Source: an uncultured delta proteobacterium
GTDB lineage: Bacteria; Myxococcota; Kuafuiibacteriia; Kuafuiibacteriales; Kuafuiibacteriaceae
DNA: 64,000 nt
Direction: 5' to 3'
Assembly: GCA_963803435.1 (NCBI GenBank)
Contig: CAWDML010000001.1
Coordinates: 3,040,001-3,104,000, forward strand
A program made the translations under genes and the position numbers. Under the pieces are notes generated by a model. It did no database searches. It was given only the letters and a program-made list of their open reading frames with translations, and was not told the origin of the DNA. Positions 9,086-18,168 of this stretch are shown one piece after another. Positions within the stretch are counted from its first letter, which is position 1, and each line of letters starts with the position of its first letter.

Positions 9086-10392
9086 CCGAGCTCCCTCGCG
9101 TGCAGGCTCTTCTCGGGCCGTGCGGGCCACTTGATCGTGCGGGCTGCCTCGATGAGCGCACGTGCACGACCCGAAGCGGACCAATCCTCGATCAGGATCG
9201 GAGCGGGAGAACCCAGCTCGCGCAGGCGATCGGCACACGCGCGCGTGGCGCAGACGAGGTCCGCGTTGTGCACCAGGAATCGCTCCACCGAGCGCCGGTA
9301 TCGATGCGGCTGCGCGAGACGGAGCGCCGCCGGCCAGTCCTCGAAGCAGTCGTATAGCGTGACCCAGCCCCACGCGTTCAGGCGGTTGATCCAGCGGGGC
9401 GCCACCGGGTGCGGCGTCCGGAAGATCGCGATGCGCTCGGCTGCATCGGCCCGCTCCACGGTCGCGATCAGATCCTCGAGCAGCTCGATCTCCAGGTGGA
9501 GGATCCGTTGAGCCGCCCTCATCTCATTGGATTCCCGGCTGGCGGCCAGGATGACACCCCAACCCTCCATCGAGAGCTCGCGCTCCAGCCCGCTCGCCTG
9601 CTCGAACCGGCGCCCGTCGACGATCAGCGCCAGACGATCGCGGGAGCGCCGCACCAGGCTGACCAGCTCGCGATCCGCCGGAGGAGGAGGAGGCAGCGCC
9701 GGCGGCGCATGCCGGCTGTCCACGAGCGCGCGCAAGAGGCGAGCCGGGAGACGCACCGCCTCGCGCGGGCTCCGCGCCGCCAAGAGGAGCGCGCGACCGA
9801 TCTGCGCGTCCGGCGCCTCGTCGATCGAGCGCAGCCGCTCGGCCAGATCGGCGACCCGGTCCTCCAGCGCCAGCACGCGCGAAGCGGCCGCCAGCTCCGG
9901 CCCCGCGCGATCCGCAGCCCGGTGCATGAGACGCTCGGCGAGTCGCTGGTACGCCGAGCGCAGCAGCCCGAGCTCGGCGGCGCGTCGTCCATCCCGCTCG
10001 CGGGCCCCGCGCTCGGTCATCACCAGCAGTCGTCCCGGCGCGGCGAACATCTGCCACGAGGCCACCGTCGGAGATCGCTTCTCCACGGCCAGCCTTAGCT
10101 CCCCGTCGATCAGCTCGAGCTCGATCGGGACTGTGACGGCCCGGAGCTCGTCGACCAGCGCCGAGGGATACGGCTCACCGAAGGGCAGCGCCAGCAGCAG
10201 CCTCCCGCCCTCGACGAGCTGCTCGATCAGCATCTGAAAGCCGCCCTCGGGCCTCGAGGTGGCGACGATGGTGTCGAGCTCCCGGGGGCGGGCGGCGCTC
10301 ACCGGGTCCCCGCCGATCTCGGGAGCGCCATACCAGCCGACTCGGGACCCGCACCGCCGGGCGGCGATCCAGTCGTTGCGGCGCCTGATCAT
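9082..10392 (-). CDS. Hypothetical protein with coiled coil and C-terminal glycosyltransferase-like segment
   Basis: Long ORF; TLYDCFEDW...ADLVCAT resembles GT-B N-terminal domains; start uncertain. Confidence 0.5.
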   Translation of the reverse strand: MIRRRNDWIAARRCGSRVGWYGAPEIGGDPVSAARPRELDTIVATSRPEGGFQMLIEQLVEGGRLLLALPFGEPYPSALVDELRAVTVPIELELIDGELRLAVEKRSPTVASWQMFAAPGRLLVMTERGARERDGRRAAELGLLRSAYQRLAERLMHRAADRAGPELAAASRVLALEDRVADLAERLRSIDEAPDAQIGRALLLAARSPREAVRLPARLLRALVDSRHAPPALPPPPPADRELVSLVRRSRDRLALIVDGRRFEQASGLERELSMEGWGVILAASRESNEMRAAQRILHLEIELLEDLIATVERADAAERIAIFRTPHPVAPRWINRLNAWGWVTLYDCFEDWPAALRLAQPHRYRRSVERFLVHNADLVCATRACADRLRELGSPAPILIEDWSASGRARALIEAARTIKWPARPEKSLHARELG

Positions 10393-10423
10393 GCGAAGAG
10401 CGCCTCGATCCGAGCGTTTGAAT

Positions 10424-10444
10424 GTCTGACCGGTTTTGTCAGAC
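10424..10444. promoter_or_regulatory. Palindromic operator-like site GTCTGAC-N7-GTCAGAC
   Basis: Perfect 7-bp inverted repeat in the short divergent intergenic gap, 20 bp upstream of the Bro-N gene. Confidence 0.4.
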
Positions 10445-10464
10445 CTGGATCGGATGCTCTACCC

Positions 10465-11316
10465 ATGACGACGATTACCGTTCAGACCGAAGACTTCTTC
10501 TCGATTCCTATCACCCGCATCGAGCTCGACGGCAAGTCGGCGTGGATCACGCGCGACGTCGGACGCGCGCTCGGGTACGCGCGGGGGGGCGACAAGCTCT
10601 CTCGCAACATCGCTCGCCGCTGGACCAAGGACTTCATCGAAGGCGCCGACTACGATCGGCTCACCGGCGAGCTGCTCGAGCGCTTGCGCGGTCTGGCCCC
10701 GCGCCTTCGACGCACGCGGCGGGTCATGATCCTCTTCCGCTCGGGCCTGGACAAGGTGCTCGCCCGAGCTCCGTTCCAGATCGCCTCGCCGCTGCGCGCG
10801 TTCATCGACGAGAACCTCCCCGAGACGCTCGACCCCGCCGTGACGGTGCCCGCGAAGAAGGAGCTCGTGCCGAGGGCCGGGCTGCTCGACGAGCGCCGGC
10901 TCCGGATCGCCGAGGTGCGCGAGCAGCGGCTGGCCTCGGAGCAGCGTGCTCGAGGGCTGCTGGTGCTGCTGGACGCGATCGCTCGGACCGCCACCGAGGA
11001 GGAGCTGAAGGTCTACCAGATCAAGCTGGCGCAGGAGCTGGCCGGGCGTGACTTCACCTCGCTCCTACCGTCCAAGACGGAGCGCTTCACCACGCCCACG
11101 CAGATCGCACGACAGAACGAGACCACCGTGCAGCGGGTGGGTCGGATCATCACCGAGCTGGGGCTTCGAAATCCCGAAGCGCACCCCGAAACCGTCGAGG
11201 CGTACGACAATCTCGCGCCCGGCACGGGCCGGCTGGTCACGTGCTATCGGTATGGTGCGGAGGCCGTGGAGCAGATCGAGGCTTCGCTCTCCAACCCGAC
11301 CGCGGCTCAAGGCTGA
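10465..11316 (+). CDS. Bro-N / phage antirepressor-like DNA-binding protein
   Basis: IELDGKSAWITRDVGRALGY...ILFRSGLDKVL (Bro-N-like); C-terminal TPTQIA...VQRVGRIITELGL resembles antirepressor C-terminal domains. Confidence 0.65.
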   Translation: MTTITVQTEDFFSIPITRIELDGKSAWITRDVGRALGYARGGDKLSRNIARRWTKDFIEGADYDRLTGELLERLRGLAPRLRRTRRVMILFRSGLDKVLARAPFQIASPLRAFIDENLPETLDPAVTVPAKKELVPRAGLLDERRLRIAEVREQRLASEQRARGLLVLLDAIARTATEEELKVYQIKLAQELAGRDFTSLLPSKTERFTTPTQIARQNETTVQRVGRIITELGLRNPEAHPETVEAYDNLAPGTGRLVTCYRYGAEAVEQIEASLSNPTAAQG

Positions 11317-12272
11317 GCGGCGAACGGATCGTCGATCAGCTTGTTCGACAGCGGTCCAGAGCAGAGCCCGCGCGTCTGTCCGCCGCAGAAGTCGGTGTCG
11401 GTCCAGACCAGGTCGCCGGGAAAGCCGTAGCCCTCGAGATCGTCGATGAGCGGTCGGTCCGGTTCGCCGGCGTTGATCGCCTCCGGGAGAAGCTCTGCGG
11501 CGTCCCCGCAGGTCTCCCGGAGACAAGGGACCCGGCTCGCGCCTTCGCACCGCTCGATGCTCGCGAAGCTACCGTGCTTCCGCAGCGCCGCGTAGATCAC
11601 CCAGCGCGGCTCGCCGTCGTACTCGATCTGATCCAGCTCGTCCGCTCCGAAGAGGTGGCTGGCGTCGGCGGCCGTGTGCTCGTGGGCGGCCGTATACGCG
11701 CGAGCCAGCGTCACGTCGCCCGGCCCACCGCCGTCGATCGCCTCGAGCTCCACCGCCACCCGCTCGGGATCGCCGGCGTGCGCGCTGATGCCACCGCAGG
11801 TGCTCCCATAGTCGCGGTGCCATCCGATCGCGATCAGCGCGCGGACCCGGAGCGGCTCGAACGACACGGGAAACACGCGGGCGATCTGGAGCAGGCGCGC
11901 GTCGGGATCCGAGAGGAACGGCTCGCCCTCGGCGAGGCGCAGCCGAGGCCGAAACGCCTCCAGCACCAGGACCTCCCAGTCGTCGGCCAGCCCGTCGGCG
12001 TCGAGATCCTCGCAACCGTCACGGGTGCAGGCGGCCGTGAGCTGCGTCCGGAGCGCCAGCCGGCCGTCGATCAGCTCGCTGCCCTCGAACGGCGGCGGCG
12101 GCGGCGGATCGACCGCGGCGTCTTCGAGCGACAGGCCGGCGTCCTTTCCAGGAGCCGCGGCGTCCTCGGCGTCCTCTACGACGCCGGCGTCGCCCGCAGG
12201 CACGAGCGACGCCCCGCCACAGCCCGCCGCCAGCACCACCGAGAGGAGCGGCGAGAGGGCGGTGCGCCGCAT
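11307..12272 (-). CDS. Hypothetical lipoprotein
   Basis: Lipobox VLAAGC, DAG-rich linker, DLDADGLADDWE Ca-binding-like motif, several Cys. Confidence 0.7.
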   Translation of the reverse strand: MRRTALSPLLSVVLAAGCGGASLVPAGDAGVVEDAEDAAAPGKDAGLSLEDAAVDPPPPPPFEGSELIDGRLALRTQLTAACTRDGCEDLDADGLADDWEVLVLEAFRPRLRLAEGEPFLSDPDARLLQIARVFPVSFEPLRVRALIAIGWHRDYGSTCGGISAHAGDPERVAVELEAIDGGGPGDVTLARAYTAAHEHTAADASHLFGADELDQIEYDGEPRWVIYAALRKHGSFASIERCEGASRVPCLRETCGDAAELLPEAINAGEPDRPLIDDLEGYGFPGDLVWTDTDFCGGQTRGLCSGPLSNKLIDDPFAAQP

Positions 12273-12391
12273 CGGGAGAGGGTAGGTTCCGGCCGTGAGG
12301 ACCAGAAGGGCGGCGCCCCCGGTTTTAGAGGCATTTAGAGCCTCCGCCTCGACCGTTTGAGCTTCGTACCCTTCGTAGGTAGGTTTCCGAG

Positions 12392-14962
12392 GTGCACCTC
12401 GGGACCTCGTTCGTCGGGCGCGAGCGGGATCTGTCCGCGCTGGCGCAGCTCTTCGACGCGGGGGTACGGCTCGTGACCCTGCTGGGTCCCGCGGGCGTCG
12501 GGAAGACGCGGCTCGCCTCTGCGTATGCCTCGACGCGATCGGGCGCCTTCTGCGATCTCACCGACGCCGTGACGGCGTTCGACGTGGTGGCGAACCTCGG
12601 GCAGACGCTCGACGTCTCGCTCTCCGCGAGCTCGACGGTCGAGGAGGCGCTCGCCTCGCTGCTCTCACGCCTTCGCGCGGACGGGCGCGAGCGGCTGCTG
12701 GTGCTCGACAACTTCGAGCAGGTCGGCGTCGAGGGCGTTCCGATCGTCTCGCGGCTCTTGGAGGCGGCCCCGAGCGTGCGCCTGCTCCTCACCTCGCGGG
12801 AGCGCTTGCGCCTGCCGGAGGAGTCGGTCGTCGATCTGGCCCCGCTCGCCGGCGAGCCCGCACGCACGCTCTTCCTCGACCGCGCCCGCGCCGTTCGCCA
12901 CGGCTACCAGCCCGGAAAGGAGGAGTCGGCCGCCATCGACGCGATCTGCCGCGAGCTCGACGGGCTCCCGCTCGCCATCGAGCTGGCGGCAGCCCGGATG
13001 CGCGTACTGAGCGCCGGCGAGCTCCGCGCCCGCCTCGACGAGCGCTTCACGGTGCTCTCGTCCTCCGAGCGCATGCACTCGCCGCGACACGCGACGCTCC
13101 GCACTGCGCTCGACTGGTCGTGGGCTTCACTCCAGGACGACGAGCGTCGCGCGCTGGCCCAGTGCTCGGTGTTCGAGGGCGGCTTCACGCTGGAGGCGGC
13201 GGAGGCGATCCTCGAGACGGAGGGCGCCGTGCTCGATCTGCTTCACGCCCTCCGCGACAAGTCCTTGCTCTGGACCCGGGAGACCGCCCTCGGCCTCCGT
13301 TTCGGCCTCTACCTGAGCATCCGCGACTACGCCGCGGAGAAGCGCGAGGCGGAGGACGCGGTGCTCGAGCGGCACACCGACTTCTATCTCTCGCACGGCT
13401 TCACCTGGGCAGCCCACTCGGAGGGCGCCGAAGGATCGTCGGCGCGCGGGCACCTCGACGCCGAGCAGCCGAACCTGATCGCGATCCATCGGCGCGCGCT
13501 CCGCGCCGGGCGAGCCGAGCCGGCGATCCGCGCCGCCATTTGCCTGCAGCCGGTGCTGATTGCCCGGGGGCCGGCCGCGCTCCGTCTCGAGCTCGTGGAC
13601 ACTGCGCTGGCGTTGGCTGGAGAGGATCCGTCGGTTCACCCACGCCTGATCGGGTGGGCCACGCTGGCTCGCGGAGACACGCTCTTCGGGATCGGACGGA
13701 TGATCGAGAGCCGCGCCATGATCGACCGCGCGATCGCCGCAGGCCTGGCCACCGGAGACGCCCGCCTGCACGGCCGCGCGCTGTGGATGCTCGGCGTCCT
13801 TCACGCGGCGCAGGATCGATTCGACGAAGCGCGCTCGACGCTCGAGGAGGCGCTGGCCGTCCACCGCCGCGTCCAGGACCGGATCCACGAGGGACGCTCG
13901 CTGGCCTCGCTCGGTGCGCTCGCGCTGGAGGAGGGAGACCTCGAGGCGGCCGGCGAACGATTCGAGCAGGCCCTCGGTCTCCTCGAGGAGACCAAGGACG
14001 AGCGTTGGATGGGTCGCACCATCGCGCTCCTCGGCGGCCTCGAGGACGCGCGCGGGAATGTCGAGGAGGCGCGTCAACTCTACCTGCAGGCGGTCTCGGT
14101 CCACGACCGCAGCGGAGATCGCCGCCACCTCGCGAACGTGCTGGCGGCCCTGGCTGCGCTCGATACGGAGCTCGGCAATCTCGATCGCGCCGAGGAGACG
14201 TTCGAGCGCGCGCTCGCGATCCGACACGAGGTCCCGGACCGGCGAACGGAGGGGATGGTCCGGCTCCTCGCGGGCGTGTGCCTCGAGCAGCGGCTGGATC
14301 TCGCCGGTGCGCTGAAGAGCTATCGGGAGGCGGTCCGCATCCACCGGGAGATCGAGAGCCCGCGCGCGCTCGCGATCGCGCTGGCTCACCGCGCGCGCGT
14401 CGAGAACCAGCTCGGCCATCGCGAACGTGCGCGGTCGCGGCTCGAGGAGGCGCGCGGCGCGACCCCCGATCGCCAGGTCGACGCGCTGATCGGGATCGTC
14501 GAAGGACACCTCTGCCTGTCGGAGGATCCGCGCGCGGCCGAGGCCAAGCTCGCGAGCGCCGTACCCATCGCCGAGACCTCCGCCCTGCTCCGTCGCGCCG
14601 CCCGAACGCTCCGCGCCGCGCTCTCGGACGGCCTCCCCGACGAGGCCCTCGTGGTCGGCATCGGCTGGTTCAAGCCGCCGCACGGACATCGGATCGATAT
14701 CTCGTCTCGGCGCGCACCCTCGGCGCTGCTCCGGGCGCTGGCCTCCGCCCGCAAGCAACGCTCGGGCGCGAGCCTGACCGTGGACGCGCTCTTCGACGCC
14801 GGCTGGCCCAACGAGCGCGCACTCCCTGCGGCCGCCGCGAGCCGCGTCTACGTCGCGATCTCGACGCTGCGGAAGATGGGCCTCAAGGACCTCCTGATCC
14901 GCGACGACGCCGGCTATCGCCTCGATCCCCTCCGTGCCGCTCCTCGACGGCTGACGGCGTAA
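12392..14962 (+). CDS. STAND-type (NB-ARC-like) ATPase with TPR repeats and C-terminal winged-helix domain
   Basis: FVGRE, Walker A GPAGVGKT, Walker B LLVLDNFE, LDGLPLAIELAAAR, TPR-like repeats, C-terminal RVYVAISTLRKMGL. Confidence 0.85.
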   Translation: MHLGTSFVGRERDLSALAQLFDAGVRLVTLLGPAGVGKTRLASAYASTRSGAFCDLTDAVTAFDVVANLGQTLDVSLSASSTVEEALASLLSRLRADGRERLLVLDNFEQVGVEGVPIVSRLLEAAPSVRLLLTSRERLRLPEESVVDLAPLAGEPARTLFLDRARAVRHGYQPGKEESAAIDAICRELDGLPLAIELAAARMRVLSAGELRARLDERFTVLSSSERMHSPRHATLRTALDWSWASLQDDERRALAQCSVFEGGFTLEAAEAILETEGAVLDLLHALRDKSLLWTRETALGLRFGLYLSIRDYAAEKREAEDAVLERHTDFYLSHGFTWAAHSEGAEGSSARGHLDAEQPNLIAIHRRALRAGRAEPAIRAAICLQPVLIARGPAALRLELVDTALALAGEDPSVHPRLIGWATLARGDTLFGIGRMIESRAMIDRAIAAGLATGDARLHGRALWMLGVLHAAQDRFDEARSTLEEALAVHRRVQDRIHEGRSLASLGALALEEGDLEAAGERFEQALGLLEETKDERWMGRTIALLGGLEDARGNVEEARQLYLQAVSVHDRSGDRRHLANVLAALAALDTELGNLDRAEETFERALAIRHEVPDRRTEGMVRLLAGVCLEQRLDLAGALKSYREAVRIHREIESPRALAIALAHRARVENQLGHRERARSRLEEARGATPDRQVDALIGIVEGHLCLSEDPRAAEAKLASAVPIAETSALLRRAARTLRAALSDGLPDEALVVGIGWFKPPHGHRIDISSRRAPSALLRALASARKQRSGASLTVDALFDAGWPNERALPAAAASRVYVAISTLRKMGLKDLLIRDDAGYRLDPLRAAPRRLTA

Positions 14963-14990
14963 AGGAACGGCGGTTGCATGGTCACGCGGC

Positions 14991-15188
14991 ATGGACCCGT
15001 ATACTGCCGGACCGACGGAGAAGCCGCCCGAGCGGGAGGACGAGCTGAGCGTCCTCCCCGAGGACCTCGCGCGCAATCTGCTCGAGCGCGCCCTCGGGGG
15101 CGGTGAGCCTCCGCCCCAGCCCGAAGAGAGCGAAGCGCCCGAAGAGAGCGAAGAGATGCTCCTGCCGACCCTCTCTCAAGGCTCCTGA
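14991..15188 (+). CDS. Small acidic hypothetical protein
   Basis: 65-aa ORF directly after the STAND gene, Glu/Pro-rich, with an internal PEESE duplication. Confidence 0.4.
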   Translation: MDPYTAGPTEKPPEREDELSVLPEDLARNLLERALGGGEPPPQPEESEAPEESEEMLLPTLSQGS

Positions 15189-15239
15189 CCGACGGACGGT
15201 TTCGATTGGATCTCGGCCTCGAATCCTACGGCGGTCACC

Positions 15240-15477
15240 GTCACCGTCACCGTCACGGCCACGCACCTCGGTCACGAAACACGGATAACGGTCCACGAAA
15301 CATGTCTTGGGCGGAGGCGTCGGTCTGGTTCACCGCGACTGGATCGGATGCGCTTGGTTCAGCATCGCCGTGATTCGATCCGCCAACGCCTGCGCCGGTG
15401 TGAGACAAATCCCGTGTTCCGTGTTCCGTATTCCGTGTTTCGTGACCGAGGTGCGTGGCCGTGACGGTGACGGTGAC
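15240..15477. repeat. 46-bp perfect inverted repeat pair (15240-15285 / 15432-15477) with GTCACC hexamer and CCGTGTT heptamer tandem repeats
   Basis: gtcaccgtcaccgtcacggccacgcacctcggtcacgaaacacgga and its exact reverse complement; CCGTGTT-like unit x4 at 15412-15439. Confidence 0.9.
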
Positions 15478-15614
15478 CTCCGGAGGAGCGGCGCGCGTCG
15501 ACGCCCCTCGTTGTCCTCATTGCGCGCCCGAAGGCTGCGGACCCTCCGAGTGATCGGAGTCGAGTTTTAGCTTCGTTTAGCTCGCCCGGGCGCGCGCTGC
15601 GCTAGCCTGGGCCC

Positions 15615-17552
15615 ATGGAATACTTCGTCACCGGGGGGACCGGGCTGATCGGTCGAGCGCTGGTTCCTCACCTGCTCGCGCGCGGCACCGTCACGCTGCT
15701 CGTGCGCGATGCAGCCCGCGCACGATGGGCCGACGAGCTGGAGCGCTGGCGGCGTCTCGGCGAGCTTCGCCTGATCTCCGGGGACATCACCGAGCCCGGC
15801 CTGGGCGCGCGCGACACCGACCTCGCGTGCGATCACGTGTTCCACCTGGCGGGCCTCTACGATCTCGGCGCGGGGGCCCAGCAGCTGGAGCGGGTCAACG
15901 TCGGCGGAACCCGGAACCTCATCGCCGCGCTGCGGAGGAGTGGCTTCTCGGGCACGCTGCACCACGTCAGCTCGGTGGCGGTGGCCGGCGACTTCTGCGG
16001 CACCTTTGGGGAGGACCTTCTCGACGTCGGGCAGACCCATGCGCACCCGTATCACCGCTCCAAGTTCGAGGCCGAGCGGATGGTGCGCGACCTCTCCGAT
16101 CTCCGCTATCGCATCTATCGGCCCAGCGCAGTGGTGGGTCACTCGAGGACGGGAGCGATGGATCGGATCGACGGGCCGTACTACCTCTTCGAGGCGATCT
16201 ATCAGCTCCGCGAGCGCTTCCCCCGCTGGATGCCGCTGATGAGCTTCCAGGGCACCGAGGTCAACATGGTCCCGGTCGACTGGGTGGCCGCCGCGCTCGA
16301 TCACCTGGCGCACGCGCCCGGGCAGGATCTGAGGACGTTCCATCTCGCGGACAGGAGCCCGCCCTCCTTCACCGACACCTTCAACCTGATCGCGGACGCC
16401 GCCGGCGCCCCCCGCCTCCCCCAGAAGAAGGGCTTCCTCGGCCGGCTGCTCCCGGGCGCCGGCGAGATGACCGCAAAGCTCGGCTCGGTGCAGTTCCTAC
16501 GCAGCCGCACGATGCAGGACCTCGGCATCCCGCGGAGCGTCCAGACGGCGATCAACCGCGAGGTCCACTTCGACACCCGGAACGCCGACGCCGTGCTGGA
16601 ACCTAAGCTGCGCGCCCCCGCCCAGGAGACGTACGTCGAGAACCTGTGGGACTTCTACCGGCGCCACCTCGCCAGCGCGCGCCACAAGGAGGTCCGGAAC
16701 CGTCGCTTCTTCCAGGGCATGACGGCGCTGGTCACCGGCGCCTCCAGCGGGATCGGCGAGTCGCTGGCGCGCAAGATGGCCGCCGGCGGCGCGCGCGTGA
16801 TCCTGGTGGCGCGCCGCGAAGCCGAGCTCGCCGAGGTGGCGGAGAGCATCCGCGCCGCCGGTGGGGAAGCGGAGTGGATGCGGGCCGATCTCGCGGATCT
16901 CGAGGAGTGCGATCGCGTGGTGCAGGCCGCGCTGGCGCTGCACGGACACGTGGACATCCTGATCAACAACGCCGGCCATTCGATCCGGCGCCCGTTGATC
17001 GAGTCGCTGGATCGCTTCCACGATCTCCAGCGCGTCATGCAGATCAACTTCTTCGCTCCGGCCCGCCTGATCCGCGGCGTGCTGCCGGTGATGAAAGAGC
17101 GGCGCTGTGGCTATATCGTCAACGTGCTGAGCGCAGGCGCACACATGCCCTCGCCCCGGTTCGGCGCCTATACCGCGAGCAAGGCGGCGCTCTCCCAGCT
17201 CGGCGACACGCTCGCAGCCGAGCATGCGGCGGACGACATCCAGGTCACGCAAGCCTACCTGCACTGGGTGCGCACTCCGATGATGGAGGCGACCGGCGCC
17301 TTCGACGGCAACGACGCGATGAGCGCCGAGGAGGCGGCCGAGTGGATCGTCGACGGCCTCGTCGAGGGCAAGCAGAAGCTCTATCGCGCCACCGACGCGC
17401 GCCGCTACGTCCTCAACACGATCGCGCCGCGCGCGATCTCGCGCATGATCAACGTCGTCTACCGCATCTATTCGGATGATCCGTCGGCGCACCCGGAGCT
17501 CGAGCTCGACCGCTCGTTCGCCCAGAAGATCTTCCGCGGCCGCCCGATGTGA
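15615..17552 (+). CDS. Two-domain fatty acyl-CoA reductase (extended SDR + classical SDR; AcrA1/Maqu_2507-like)
   Basis: N-terminal TGGTGLIG, FHLAGLYD, YHRSK, RIDGPYY; C-terminal TGASSGIG, NNAGHSIRR, DRFHD, YTASK. Confidence 0.8.
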   Translation: MEYFVTGGTGLIGRALVPHLLARGTVTLLVRDAARARWADELERWRRLGELRLISGDITEPGLGARDTDLACDHVFHLAGLYDLGAGAQQLERVNVGGTRNLIAALRRSGFSGTLHHVSSVAVAGDFCGTFGEDLLDVGQTHAHPYHRSKFEAERMVRDLSDLRYRIYRPSAVVGHSRTGAMDRIDGPYYLFEAIYQLRERFPRWMPLMSFQGTEVNMVPVDWVAAALDHLAHAPGQDLRTFHLADRSPPSFTDTFNLIADAAGAPRLPQKKGFLGRLLPGAGEMTAKLGSVQFLRSRTMQDLGIPRSVQTAINREVHFDTRNADAVLEPKLRAPAQETYVENLWDFYRRHLASARHKEVRNRRFFQGMTALVTGASSGIGESLARKMAAGGARVILVARREAELAEVAESIRAAGGEAEWMRADLADLEECDRVVQAALALHGHVDILINNAGHSIRRPLIESLDRFHDLQRVMQINFFAPARLIRGVLPVMKERRCGYIVNVLSAGAHMPSPRFGAYTASKAALSQLGDTLAAEHAADDIQVTQAYLHWVRTPMMEATGAFDGNDAMSAEEAAEWIVDGLVEGKQKLYRATDARRYVLNTIAPRAISRMINVVYRIYSDDPSAHPELELDRSFAQKIFRGRPM

Positions 17553-17556
17553 CGCG

Positions 17557-18168
17557 CTACCAGAAGTAGGCGCGCAGCCCGCCGCTGAGGGCCAGACCGG
17601 TGGCGATCGGTCGATCCACCGTGGTGTCGGTCTGCTCGATCGGCCCGGTGCGGTTGGCGACGTCCGCCTTGGCGGCGTGGGCGACGCCGCCGATCTCGAG
17701 GAAGAAGGAGAACGGGAAGGTGCGGTTCGCGTCGCCGGCGAACAGCTCCGCGCCGACCGCCCCGTACACCCCGAACGCGATCCGCTTCGTGCTCAGGCGC
17801 TCCGACAGCAGGAGCCCGCTCGGCCCCACCGAGGCGTAGACCCGGCCGGCGATCGGCGCGATCCGGGCGGAGACGTCGAGGGTGATGCGGGCGTGGCCAT
17901 ACAACGACCAGGCACCGAAGTGTTGATCCTCGGCGTCCATCGGGAGTGCGCGCAGATCCGGATACCAGCCGACGCCGCCCGCCACGGTGATCGCGAGGTG
18001 ATCGTCGAGGAACCGCGGCGTGGCCAGCGCCACCGCCAGGCCGAACTCGTCCTGGAGACGCTGGACCGAGAGCCCGACCGCCATCCCCGCCTTGGGATCG
18101 AGCGCCTGATCGATCACCGGATCGTAGGCGGCGATCAGGAGCGCGGCGAGGGCTACTGGACCGACCAC
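17557..18168 (-). CDS. Hypothetical exported protein, possible beta-barrel
   Basis: Hydrophobic N-terminus, alternating beta-strand pattern, aromatic C-terminus GLRAYFW; GTG start at 18168 inferred. Confidence 0.55.
   Translation of the reverse strand: MVGPVALAALLIAAYDPVIDQALDPKAGMAVGLSVQRLQDEFGLAVALATPRFLDDHLAITVAGGVGWYPDLRALPMDAEDQHFGAWSLYGHARITLDVSARIAPIAGRVYASVGPSGLLLSERLSTKRIAFGVYGAVGAELFAGDANRTFPFSFFLEIGGVAHAAKADVANRTGPIEQTDTTVDRPIATGLALSGGLRAYFW

Noticed and set aside
15233-15478. Possible CRISPR array
   Set aside because: The repeats are inverted or short tandem units without unique spacers, and there are no cas genes
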